Source of the DNA: Marsupella aquatica
Taxonomy: Eukaryota > Plantae > Marchantiophyta
Direction: 5' to 3'
DNA length: 64,000 bases
Assembly (NCBI GenBank): GCA_973895155.1
Contig: OZ316895.1
Span: 18,237,880 to 18,301,879, forward strand
The position numbers and the translations under genes are program-made. The notes below the pieces were generated by a model. That model was not told the origin of the DNA. It did no database searches and saw only the letters and a list, made by a program, of their open reading frames with translations. Shown here piece by piece: positions 45,783 to 58,634 of the stretch (position 1 is its first letter; each line of letters opens with the position of its first letter).

Positions 45783-48024
45783 TGTCCTGAGGATAAGCAA
45801 AGAGGTGGGAAAGGGCCTCAAGGGACACGCAGGGTGTATGGCTGCTTGAGATAGGAAACGGTTGCAAACAAGACAAAGTATCTACCCTAACCTTTCATCC
45901 ACATCATCACAAGCAAGCAAGCATGCATGCTTTCGAAACTCAAGCCATTTACATACTCATATCCAATCACAATCAAAATAACTAGTTCAAGCTTCCCAAT
46001 GTAATCCTCACAAGTCTAAGCCCAACATTCAATTGGTCACCATTCCTTTTCCAACACTTGATTGCACACAATCCCTTGCAACCCTCTAAGGTACACAAGT
46101 TCAAGCTTACATCAATGTGGTCAAGTTAAGGGTCACTCTTGGTTGTGGCTAAGACAAGTGGGACATCCAAAGGTATGCAAGGCATCTCTATGCACCATTC
46201 AAACATCCAACTTTCAAAACATGGGAAACTACTTTCGAAAAGTGACCTAGGGTTGGTCAACAAACTCCTTAACAAACATGGAATTGACCTTAGTCCCTTC
46301 CTCTAGTAGAACCACCAAGTATAATCCACAAACAACCCATTCCATCAATCGAAAATGCCTTCACTCTTTACTCTTGCAACTTCCCTCATGCATAATAACT
46401 ACTTTCGAAAGTACCTTCATTCAACCCATCTACTTTCAAAAACACCTTCAAGCTCACAACAACATTCGAAAATGGCATGAAGACATTCATTCTAACCATT
46501 CCATCACTCATAGCCAAAGCAAGGCATCAACACACATCTCAAAAACGAGGATACCTCTCCTCTAAATGCATAGCAAGAAGGCACTTGTAGCATCATGGCC
46601 TCCAAGTAAAAACATGGGTCACAAGCAAGACCCTCCTAGCAAAAATGAATCATCACCAAGTCTAATCATCAACCAAGCATTCAAAATCCCTCCATAGCCT
46701 ATCCAAGCTTCAAAACCCTAGTCTCCTTCTCTCATACTTCCTTCTTTCAACCAAATCTACTTTCGAAGCTTCAAGTCAAGGAGTTTACAAGAGAGTAGGC
46801 CTTCTTAGTGAGCCATCTCTAATGCAAGACTCCCAAGCTTCAACAAGATTAGGTCTCATCTCCTCTAAGCTTTCGAAAATCTCCTACAAGTCCATTCTCC
46901 TCAAAACTTGAAGCAACAAACCTACATTCGAGTATGCCTTCTTGTGGGCAATCTCTCATGCAAGCTCCTTATACTTCCTACTCACATCCTACCTCCTTCC
47001 TAAGGCTTCGAGTCAGCCTCTCCTACATTCGAAACCTCTCTCCAAATCCTTAGAAAAACCGTCACAAAACTCAATCTCTTCACATTCAAAGCTTCTACTC
47101 CATCTATCTCTTCACAAAATTGCCTCTACATCTCCTACCCTCAAAATCCTAAGGCCATGGCCAAGGAGGAGGGCTCCCCCTTCACTCATGCCTCATGCTC
47201 GAGCTCCCCTCAAGAGGTTCGCTCCTACCTATTCAAAACTTACTCAAAGACTCAAAAACTGCCAAAAGCGGCAGCACTTTAGCAGCATCACGGTGTGAGA
47301 GAGAGCCCTTGCCCTTCGAACTCTCCTCTTTAGTACTCTCGTGGGAAGGCCTGGGGCAAGGCACAAGCCCTCCACTTATGGTTTAAGTCCTCGACAATTT
47401 TCAGCCCTTGATCATCCATCAAAAAGATCTAAGGGTAAAAAATGAGCCAAAATACCATCCTTTGTAACTTTGTAACCAAATGAGGCTTCGCACTTTCGAA
47501 AAAACCTCGACCTCCTCCAAACCCTAAGGCATGTCCTCATCCTCAATCCTATCCATTCATCCATTGACTCAACCAAGATCCACCATTGATGTAGGTTCAA
47601 TGAATCTAGTCCTTATTTCACAAAACTAGGAATCTGGCCCATATCTCACAAAACTGATGCACTTGGACCAAACCCTCTTACATGCCTTGAACCTGGTCAC
47701 CTCCTCCATGTATTCAATGAACCTGGTCACCATGTCGCCAAAACCCTAGATACCTTGCTTGTTGAGCAAGCAACCTCCATTCCGCCAATCCGCCAAATGA
47801 TAACTTAATCGCTGGTCACAAATGAAAAACATACCCCACAATAGTAACAAGGGTGGGTAGGCTCGACCTCATCCCTACCTTGACCCTCATAACTCTACTT
47901 CCTCCTTCACATTGGTCAAGTTAGCTCAAGTCAAGTCAACTTGCCCAAGTTAGAAGCAAAAATTGGTTTCAACTTCCTTCACAAAACATGAGGATTCCTC
48001 CTTTAGGATGGAAACCTCATGACA
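45783..48024. mobile_element. Element E: 2242-bp solo LTR-like insertion
   Basis: Termini TGTCCTGAGG...CCTCATGACA (9/10 inverted match); 4-bp TSD CCGA (45779-45782, 48025-48028); no convincing ORF. Confidence 0.75.
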
Positions 48025-49175
48025 CCGATGAGAGTTTTTACTACTTTGCTTGTCAAGGAATTCAAATCAAACCAAGTCAATCAATCCTTCAATCAACCAA
48101 ACGATGGTCTCTCTTGTGTTCCATTGAATTGAAAAATCCTGAGCCGGTCTACAGTGAGCAGTGGTAGCGCCGCGGCGATGTTCTCGATGACTGACCCACC
48201 TCGCACCACCACGGTCGAAGGCTGACTGGTGAGAGATTTTCACAACAAAAACCACACCAAAAATTTAATCCCCTACTCCCTCTCTTGCCCCTGCTCCTTC
48301 TCGATTTCTCTTCCCCAATCTCAAATCCTGCCTGCTTCGCCACACTCGCTCGACAGCCCAACTCTTTCAATAGTAACCCTTCTCCCCCCCCCCTCGCAGA
48401 CACTCGGCCGTTTTCCTTTTCCTCCCCTGAACCTTCATCGCACGCATCACCATTTCATCCTCATGACCCTTATGAATTGGAATCCTCCCAGGCCGCCACA
48501 TGTCACTTCCACAATAAAAGTCTCAATTTTCTTTAATCTAAGCTCCAACTTTCACCCTTTTATTCCTCTTTTGTCTCACTAGCCTTCATCTCAAGTTCAG
48601 TTAACTCTTTGTTTCTTTCTTTCACAAACAGAGAACTATAACATTCTGAGCCGGACAAAAGCAAGTCGACTAGATCCAGCACACTCCACTTCAATTGTCA
48701 AACATTTTTCCCGATGACATTCACCCCCACCGAACCTGTGTAGCCTCTGGCCTACACCACCATCATCTCCGGAGTCCCATCTCAAATTACATGATCCATG
48801 AGCCTGAGTGACCTGAGTTGAGCTGAGCTGAACCGAGTCGAGTAAACCTCAAGCCAAGCAATGAACAACCTGAAATAATCTTCCCTTACCAATAATGGTA
48901 CTCTAAATGAATCTAAAAAAATTGAGCAAAAATAAACCCTAATATGATAACATAAGCCTAAGTCTACATTCTCTCATTAATTCTAAAGGTGAAAACATTC
49001 TTCCACCAAAACTCAATTCATAGGAAAACTCTAAACCAGAATTTTAAATCCAAATAAGTTCCTTAACTCTCAATTAGACTATCATATGAATAAATTTCTA
49101 ATTTTATCTCTCTTTCCTACTTCTCTCAATTTCAAAACCAGATTCCTATAAACAAGATAAACAAGACTCAAAATT

Positions 49176-52100
49176 TCATCTCTCTTCGCCTCGAATGCCA
49201 CTCTCCCGAACTGCACCTTCACCATGTTCGCCATCAGAATCCTCCAAGGTGTCCTCCAATTCCTGCTGCCTTCGCTTGAAAATCTTCACTCTCTTGCCGG
49301 CGTATCTTCCATGATGTTCTGTCCCGTCGAGCTCTCGAATGGAGTAAGTGGCATTGGGATGAACTCTCGTCACCACAAACGGTCCTTGCCACCTCTGCGC
49401 AAACTTCTTCTCCGTAGAATGCTGATTCTCAAGGTTGCTCTCATAAATAAGCACCCAATCACCCTCCTCAATCGCTCGTGGTTGAATTCGATGTTTCCGG
49501 TCGAAGTAGTCCTTGTTCTTCATGCGCGCCACCCTCATTTTCTCTAACGCCTCTCAAATCTTCTCAGGTGTCTGATTCAAACGGTCGATCCTGGTAGCAA
49601 GCAACTCTTCACGGCTGACATGGTCCCTCCATCCAATCGTTCTCCAACTCTTCACGTCCTCCTCTATCGGCATCAAGGGCAGATGTCCCATCATCAACTT
49701 AGCTGGCGCATATCCTGTGACTGAACTGCACGTCAGTCTATCCGCCATCAAAGCGAGTGGTAAATAGTCTGGCCACTCTCTGAATCTCCATCGACATGAC
49801 TTGACTAGTGCATTAACAATTGGTGGGTGCCCTCTCTCACTCTTCCCGTTTCCCTTCGGGTTGTACGCACAAGTAAGACTCAATCTAATATGGAACTTCC
49901 TAAAAAAAAGATCGGCTTCCTCCGTATTGAGTTCTCTTATGTCAGCTCTCAACCGATCAAAACACCCATGTCTCGCTATCATATCCTCCAAAATAAACCT
50001 ACAAATAAACTCAGTCTTATTCGATGGTAATGCTCGACCCTTGACATAAGATGACAACTCTTCTCTTGACAAAACCAAAAACTTTAAACCTCTAACCCCT
50101 CTCGGCATATAGACAACATCTAAGACCCATTGTAACCTCATTGCTAAAGGATAAGTTGGACAAAGACCATCTCGATGCTTGACTTTCAAATAATATTGGC
50201 AAACTAGACAACTCTCAACATACTCTCGAACCTCTGTATAACAACTCGGCCACCAATATAAGCCCTTGACCCTCTTGTATGTTGTCTGGACTCCTCTATG
50301 TCCTGCAGACTCATCGTCATGACTCTCTCTCAAGACTCTCAACTTGGACTCATTGTCACCAATGACCCTTAATGGAATTCCTCCTCGTGTCTTGGGTCGC
50401 CTCCATAGAAGTCCGTCTTGCAGTAGGTATCCAAAAGCCTTCCTTCGGATTCTCTCAAATTTGTCTCGTGTCCATTCAGTTCTCCTTTCAAGTGTGCTCA
50501 AATATCTTCCAAGAGTAAGCAGCTCGCCTGAGTAAAGCGCCTCTTTAAATTCTACCTTCTCAACCTCCAATGTCTCGATACTATGTACACCTGCGCTCTC
50601 CTCCTCTCCAAAACCATCCTCAAATCTTGCTCTCAAAAGCATATCCGCAATAGGATTATCTTTCCCTGCAATGTGTCTCAACTCCAGGTTAATCATCCGA
50701 ATAAATGCAATCCATCTCAGCATTGCAATGTCTGGTGTATCACAGTTCGCAATCATTCCCAAAAGTGGTTGACAATCCATCTCAAGTATCACATAGGCCC
50801 CTATCGGGTAATCTTTCTCTTGGCAAAGTGATGACTTAGCTCCCCACAACTCTCTCTTAATCTGTGGGTACCGCCTCTGTCGCTCTGTAAAAATCTTCAC
50901 CCCAAAACGTGTAGCAAACCGTCGGCCTTCTTCGTCATCCTGTCCAACAGCCCATCCAGCAGCTGTGGGACTCGAATCAACTGTGACAATGATCGGCCTC
51001 CCGCAAGTGTAGTCCAACGGTCGTAGTACAGGCAGGCTCAGCAAAGCTTTCTTCAATCTCATCATCGCCTCCGTGTGTCTCTCTGTCCAGACAAACCTGC
51101 GCCCTTTTCTCAACAACTCATACAAAGGCTCAGCGGTATGGGAAAAATGAGGAATCCAAATACGATAAAATATACAAGCTCCTAAAAATCTCCTAACCTC
51201 TATAGGCGAAGTACAATCTCCTAATTTACTAATAGCATTAACTTTTTCTACACTAGGACTTCGCCCATAAGAACCACAATGTTGTCCCACTACCATTACT
51301 TCTTTTAACCCAAATGCAGATTTCTCTCCTGAAAGCGTTACTCTAGCCTCTATCATGCGCTGCAAAATTGCCTCAACATCCTGCATATGATCCCCAAAAA
51401 AATTCCTTATCCCATCCTCTCGTACCATCTCATCTTTCTTTAGTTCCAAACATCCTTTAATAGGTATGTCATCAAGGAAGGGTCGGGTCTTGTCAGGAAT
51501 AAAACGCTGCAGGATCAAATTCATGGCGTTTTGCATATGTGCTACCGAGTTTGTAGCACCTTGAGGCAAGGTACACATTTTAACTAATCCCAACAGTGTT
51601 CACATCGTTGTTATGTCTCGGCTACACTCAGACAACTGGAATTGATCGTACCCCAAATAAAGGTCTCCTATCGAGTAAATCGCCCTACCAACAAACTCTT
51701 ATGCAAATTCATCTACAACCGGCCCAGTACCAACATTCCTAATTGTAACCCTATTAGGTGGTTGCATATCTTGGATGAAACGCAATTTCCCATTTTTCTT
51801 CTTAACAATAAACCACCGATTTGAGTATGGGGCTTCAGATCGCTCAAGAATCTTTGCCTTCAACTTCTCCTTAAGTAATTCCATAAGCTTTGGCATTAGT
51901 GCCCGTGGAACCGGAAGTGGTCTCAAATCCCATGGAATATGTGGTACTATAAAAATAATCATTGGGGTTACCTCTCTTGGGTTAACACAACCAATCTCAT
52001 CTAAATTAAAGGAAAAAGCTTTCCCATGCCTACTAATAATCTCCTTAAACCTTTCTTTCTCTACTTCCCAAAGCAACCCATCATCCCCTATACTAATCTG

Positions 52101-52613
52101 AGCAAGAGTCTCCTCAGTGAACACATGCCCAATCCCTTCTGGGTCTCTTAAGCTAGGTTCCTCTCTAGCTTTCTCTATCAACCCTCGAGCATCTAAATGT
52201 AAAGGTATAGCTGCGGGTCTCACCTTCTTGTTGACTGTCTTATACTTTGTATCCACATTAATTTGACTCCCCACAAAATTGCTAATCACTCCATACAAAT
52301 CCTTTCCAATTTCAATCTCACCCACTCCTCTCTCCATCAGTTCTAAGGTTCGCTCAACTGTTTCCCCTATCCCAAACTCATCTATATAGCCCTCTAAACA
52401 CTCATCTGGTCCTATTCCTAATCCCTTATGTAACTTAGCTTCCTCTCTACATAACCCACGCACAATCCTTCTACAACATTTGTCCCTCTTAACGTGAACT
52501 ACAACTCTCCCAAATCCAAATCCAACAAAGGATAAAACTAAAAACCTCTCTAATTCCCCTAATGTGGACGATTTCCCTGCCATGGCGCCTTGTTCAGTCG
52601 TCTCCCTATCCAA
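49176..52613 (-). pseudogene. pol: Element D pol: RT, RNase H and integrase with stops
   Basis: YSNRWFIVKKKNGKLRFIQD, LPQGATNS, PFLDDIPIKG, VTVDSS, GHRG...CLVCQ, WVLDVV, SERGH, WQGPF. Confidence 0.92.
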
Positions 52614-52618
52614 GGCGC

Positions 52619-55054
52619 CTAGTCAAAATCCTCAAATTTCCCTTCGTTCTTCTTCCCTTCCCGTAACTCTATACGATTTCTAGGATGGGCAGCTTGTACT
52701 GTTGGAAACTGAATCATCTTAGATCCATCTCTACTCCGGATCAAGGCCACATGCGTCCCATCGTCTAATACCTGTGTCGCCATCCTCATCTCAGTGATAA
52801 ATGGCTGCCCTAAAATCATCTACATGGGAAGACTCTCATGAACAAAAACATTCATTGGTTCCACAATGTCCCCAATTCAGAGCTTAACTCCGGGACAAGC
52901 TCCCCAAAAACTGTTCTTGTCCGCACTAATAGATCTAACTCCCCATCCACTGTGTCGATCTACTGCCCATTGTCCCTCCTCATAAATGCGCATCGAAATA
53001 ATATTTACTTCAGAACCTGAATCTAATAAAGCTCTCACAGGACTCTTAATTCTATCTAACTCCACCTCACATTCACTACACCCCCGTGCCCAATGCATTT
53101 TTCTGACATCCATGGCAATCGAGCACCAAGCTAAACCTCTCTCTCTCTCATCTGCCCTCATAACCTCCACCCCCACCTGCTTTTGACTCGAGGATTCTCC
53201 TTTCTCAAAGCCCTCTCGTTCCCCACTCACTTTACCCACAAATGGCATCACTCTATCTTCCCCTTCGTCCTCCGAGTCAAAACTCCCTTCTTCTGCCAAG
53301 GTACATGCCACCCCTTGCGGCCCTTCTTTTAGGATGCGTTTTCTCTTGACCTGCGTCAAGATAACATCTTGTACATCTCTCCTCATACACCCTATTACCT
53401 CCTTGTTTGTTAGACCTCTCACCTCTTGATTCCAAAATTTGGCACCAACCGCATTAAAGTCAACCTCCCATTCAATTTCCCTCCCTAATACCCATCCTGG
53501 TTTCTTCCCTCCTATCTTCCCTCTCCCCTTTTGCTCTACCCTAGAACTCATCCCTGGTTCTTCCCTCTTAATCTCCCCTGACTCTCCTTCTTTCTTTTCC
53601 CCCTCTTTACTACTAAATGATTCTCTCGAATCCCTTTGTTTCACCTCTACTATTACCTCGGAACTACCCTTCCCTTGCTGAATAGAGTTCACAAAAACTG
53701 GTGCTTTCCAACCAGTTTCACTCCGCAAATACTCAGCATATCTCTTCTCACTCACCTCATCAAAACTAGACCTGGTACCACCACTCGCCTCTACCCTATC
53801 TCGTTCAGCTACATAAACCCTAGGCTCATACATCATTGCCCCAACCATTGCCTTCCCTCTATGCTTTTCAACAAGCATCTTCATCCCTCCCTTCCCAAAG
53901 TTTAATGGAACCCCTTCCCCATCATCAAAGTATGCTAGTCTTTTCTTCCCTGGTTCCCCCACAAACTTGACCCATTGTTCTTTTAGGGCCTCCGTCAACT
54001 CCCTACACTCATTTCTGGTGTGATCCTTTGAATCACACCACATACACAAAGCATTTGGCCTCCTCTCAGCTGGTTCCCTTCTTGGAATCTCAGTTCTCTG
54101 AGACCTCTGCTCTATTACATGGGAGGTTAAAAGCCTTATCCCTTCAGCAATTTTCTCTAGGTCAGTCGTGCTCGACCCTTCCACCTGCACCCTCCTCTCA
54201 GTATCTTCTCTCCTCCCAACTACATCCCTGGTGACCTCTCTCTCACTCTCCCTCCTCCTTACCACCTCTCTTGTGGCCTCTCTGTCGTTCTCTCTTCTCC
54301 TCCTACGCTCATTTACTCTCATTACTGCCCTCTCGACCAGACTCCAATCCGCTGGTCCTTCCGCCCAAGTGGGTTTTAGTAGATCCATGGCATTTTCTAG
54401 TTCATCCCTAAGCTGCTCCCCTGCTGCTCTCAAAAACAGCTCTGACTTTTGGAGCTCAATGATTCTCACATCACGCCAAGGGAGCTGGCTCATCCTTCGA
54501 GTGAACTCTCGAAGTAATTGTTGCGGCTCAAGCCTCTTCTCTCTCTCATTAACCCAATCCAGGAAGGAAGTGTGAGTTTCCCTACTCGAATCCTCTAACT
54601 GAAATTCCTCCTTTGTTCGACACTCAAAGTCCCTCCAAGTCCTATCCTCTACTGACTTATCAACTAATACCTGAACTGACCCCTTTAAACTCATCTCAAC
54701 AACCGTGACAAACTTTCGGATCGCCACAACCTCATCCACCATTTGTATCTCGACTTGTGTCTTATACTCTTCTAAAAATCAGGTAACATCCCGCCCATCA
54801 AACCTACCTCTATTTGTGAGTACCGCTTGAAGGCATCTTGATGCCCTCATCTCCTGGTCTCTCTCCCTCCTTTCTACTGTTTCCCTCTCTCTCCTTTCAC
54901 GTTCACTAATCGCATCCTCTCTCTTCATTAGCTGCATGGCAGCCACCATCATCCTAATCATATCCTCCATAGTCTCTTCTTTTCTGAAAGCCTCAGAAAA
55001 ACTCTCTATATTAGGACCCGCGTCTGAATCCATGCACAAGTTGACAATCCTCAA
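52619..55054 (-). pseudogene. gag: Element D gag (CCHC) and protease
   Basis: GRFDGRDVT, CMWCDSKDHTRNEC, ALLDSGSEVNII, ILGQPF. Confidence 0.85.
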
Positions 55055-55356
55055 ACTGTGGTTTCACTCTCTCTTCCCTCGAAAGTTTGGTCACAACAAA
55101 TCAGTTGTTTCCAACCATTCATAGTTGATCAGCCTCTCAGCTCTTTGAGCTGCCACTGTCGAACTGCCTCTCAAGAGATTAAGAAACCTAGTTCATCCTC
55201 TATCAATCAATCAATCTCTCATCCAATCAATCATTCATATTAAGCAACCCTAATTATCTATTTTCATATTTAATTCCCTCGACCCATGGCTGCCCTTCTG
55301 CTCGCCTCTCTTAAGTTCTCAACCCTAAATGAACCTATGGTCCTCAACGATCGTTC

Positions 55357-56260
55357 CTCTCGTTTATTCAAAGATCTCTAAAGTTTAGAGATTACAAACA
55401 ATAATTTTATGTCCTTTGCAGTTTGGTCATTCTTCAGCTGGGGTTTCAGCCTCGGTTCAGATCAACTCAGGTCATTCAATTGGGTCAGGTTTGGCCAGTC
55501 GTGCTTTCAAGTTCCAATTCTAATGGGGTTGTCCTTTGGAATTAGTTTCTTCCAGGATTCGGGGTTCATTCATGATTGCTTCCAGAGTTCCTCAAACTCA
55601 TCCTTGACTCTTTCTTTGAGTTAGGGATCTTTTTTATTTCATGTCTTTAAATTTCTCCATTTTTCACTTTCCTTATCCACTATAGTACAATTCAGTTGTC
55701 CTTGACTGAATAATTTGGATCTTTCTTTTCCTGCTTCTTGTTCTCTGCTGCCAATTTGCCTTGCTTCACCCAAAAAAAGCCAAAACCTCATTAACAACGT
55801 CGTTTCTTGAGTTACCCCTCTTTCGAGTTTAGCTTTCTTCAGCAGCTGAGCACCTCCGCAGCACCACAAAATCCATTACCAACAATCCCTCTCTTCCCGT
55901 TCTATCACTTCCGGTCCTACTTCTTCAGAATTCCTCACGTGCTTCCGCCTTCACCCGAAGTTCCGTTTCCAAATTCCAATTTGTTCGGCCACATCTCTCT
56001 TCTTCCCCACTCGAATTCCTATCGAAAGCTCTCATTTTTTCCTGCTTCATTCCTTCACTTTCTAATCCCCACCTGTGAATCGCCTCTCCTTTTCATGTCA
56101 CTTGGAGCCTCATTGCCCTTTTCATTCGAAAATGAGACCCACAGCGATCAACAACTTTCAGCTCCAAACGGCTATCTTCCATTTGGCAGCACATCACTTT
56201 CTCAATTTCTTCCTAAATTTCACACGTCATGTAGTCAAAGATCAGTCGTTACTCTCACTT
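55357..56260 (-). repeat. Element D 5' LTR remnant: PBS-proximal end deleted, other side cut by element C
   Basis: Homology to the 3' LTR begins at CTCTC near 55357 and stops after CTCTCACTT at 56260. Confidence 0.85.
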
Positions 56261-58634
56261 GGGGTATTTACAAACGACAGGAACCAGGAAACAGTAACTA
56301 TTTGCTGTTACTGTTACAAGGAGAAATGGAAAAAACAACATGGGATTGAGCTCCATTATTTGGTCAAGAAGTTAAAAAAACACCATCAATAAATCCCATT
56401 TTCAGTCATTTTCAATACCACCATCCAATTGTGAAGGAAAGTAGGGGCCATTAGAATAAAGGTGTTGCCAAAAACCGGTGATGGCCAGCGCACAACGCTA
56501 GTGTGCCGGCAGGGAAGGGCCAAAATTTAGGTATTCATAAAATAATGAAAAAGATAGAGATTCTACGTAACGTCAATCGAGAAGAGAACAGTAAACTTAA
56601 CGGCCATTAGAAAAAGGCGTTGCCAAAACATGCGGATATTAGCAACACCCAGCGCTAGTATGCTGGAAGAGATTTCCGTCACATCAATCGAGAAGTGAAC
56701 ACAGGAAACTCAATTTGAAGCATTTCCAACAAAGAGAGGCAATGGCAGACGTTGAATATTTTTAGTGATGGGCACTACATTAAATGTTGGACCTCAAGAA
56801 ATCAATGTCAGCGCCTAAACACGGAACACAATGACCATAGGCAACGCTCGGCGCTAGCTCAAATCTAGGAATCAATGAATGACCATGAAAGAACAAGAGA
56901 GCCGATCCAAAAGTGCATTCCTTACTTCCAAAATTGGTCAAAACATATAACCGGTATTACACCATCCGCAGATCATCTTCAAAGCAACCCATGGCATAAC
57001 ATGAACATAAGCAACGCTCGGCGCTAGCTTAAATCTAGCTATCTTAAATGTAAACTAAAACTGGACATCTGTTACTAAAAGCACCCCCACCACGAGCACT
57101 AGAATCTGCCAAAGCCCGCCGAAGCCCGCCCTGGCTCGTATGTGCTTTATCTCGACCTGAGCCGCACATAACAGGGCCGCTGATCCAAAATGGGCCAAAG
57201 ATGTCGCCGGAAATACATGAACTTTGAATCACCCATAGAAGAAATCCCACGGTCCAAGACGAACAAAAGCAGCGCTCGGTGCTAGCTTAAATGGCAAGCC
57301 TATGGCCACTGAAGCTTGTGTCACTAAAACCATCTTCATCGTGAATAACTTTAGCTTTGTGATTGGCAGTCGTCGTCAATGCCCGCCCTGGCACATCTGT
57401 GGTTTTGCTTGAAACCTAGACCCCTGAGCCGCACATAAGAAGAGGAGGGGCACCAAAACTCCAAACTCTGATTCTCGGGGTCTGGATCATTTGTATCTAG
57501 GAAGTCAACACGTCCCAGTCACTCTTGTACTCGTCGCTCAATAGGCTGAATACCATCAGCAGGAATGACAGAATGAAACAAAAACCGATCAACAACTGCG
57601 AGCGGAGTGTCCCGGTCATTAATCCAAGGTAAGTTCCTCTCCCTGGGACTAATCGCCTCATCATAAGGAAGAGCAAAATGATTCCGGAAGGTTGAGGTCT
57701 TGCTGGATGTGTCACCATGAACGGACTTGAAAGAGCTAAAGTGACTCTCGTCCGGTTGAACTCTGGAAGGAGCGAAGAAGGCAAGCATCTCCTCCAAAGA
57801 CATGATCTCCTTCTTCTCCATTTGGTGGGCACTGTTAAACGCAATCGAGGCTAATGACAAGACCGGTGTTGTTGAAATGACTCGACTTCGAGAGAGGTTG
57901 TGTCTGAAATAACTTGCAAGAGTGACCCAATGGAGAGTTTAGGTTCGGAGATCAGCAAAAATGTATCACAAAAAGGTTCAACGAAAAAAGGACCGTTGAG
58001 AAAGAGATGACTGTTCCGGTAGCGACAAAATATGCGGGGCCAAGGAACGGACGGAGGATTCAAAATTCGCAATTAGACAAATAGACGTTTAGGGAGCGCC
58101 CGACGCTAGTAAGGGAAATGAGGAATTTAATCCATTTTATTATCAATGTAATGTAAACAAATCATATCTAATATAATAAATACATGTATTAAGATAACAG
58201 CGCCCGGCGCTGGTAAAATCTAAGCCGCAAAAACGCTTTAAGAATTGGACGATTCCGATTCGGAGCTCTGTGACCTCTCGATAGAGACTACCTCATCATC
58301 TACATACTTGCTCCTACAAACGTCATCTACATAAGGATTTCGGACAAATTTTCTATCAACTCCTCTCCGTAGGCGAAGACCTTTGTTTTCCCAACAAAGA
58401 GTCCTTTGATTGTCTTCCATTCTTGCAGCATTCTCAACGTAAGAGGGTAAAACAAATGGTTTCTCCGGAGTGACAATTTCAAAACGAGCTACTTTTCTTC
58501 TGAGATTGAAGCGTCTTCTCGTATTTCATTCGGACCTGGGTGAGAACAGAAGTTCGTCAACCGATTGTATGAATGGATATCACAAAAGCATGAAGGAACT
58601 GGAAAGGAGAAAGAAGCTTACGAGTTTCAGAACA

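Larger units (their letters stand above)
44134..56260 (-). mobile_element. Element D: decayed Ty3/gypsy LTR retrotransposon
   Basis: Starts with TGTCC exactly where element C homology stops. Direct repeat ~44557-45462 / ~55357-56260 flanks a minus-strand gag-PR-RT-RH-INT. Inner LTR boundary uncertain (possibly 48719). Confidence 0.85.

Noticed and set aside
44609-48582. Many short S/F/L-rich ORFs
   Set aside because: Products of pyrimidine-rich LTR sequence; frames differ between the two D LTR copies.
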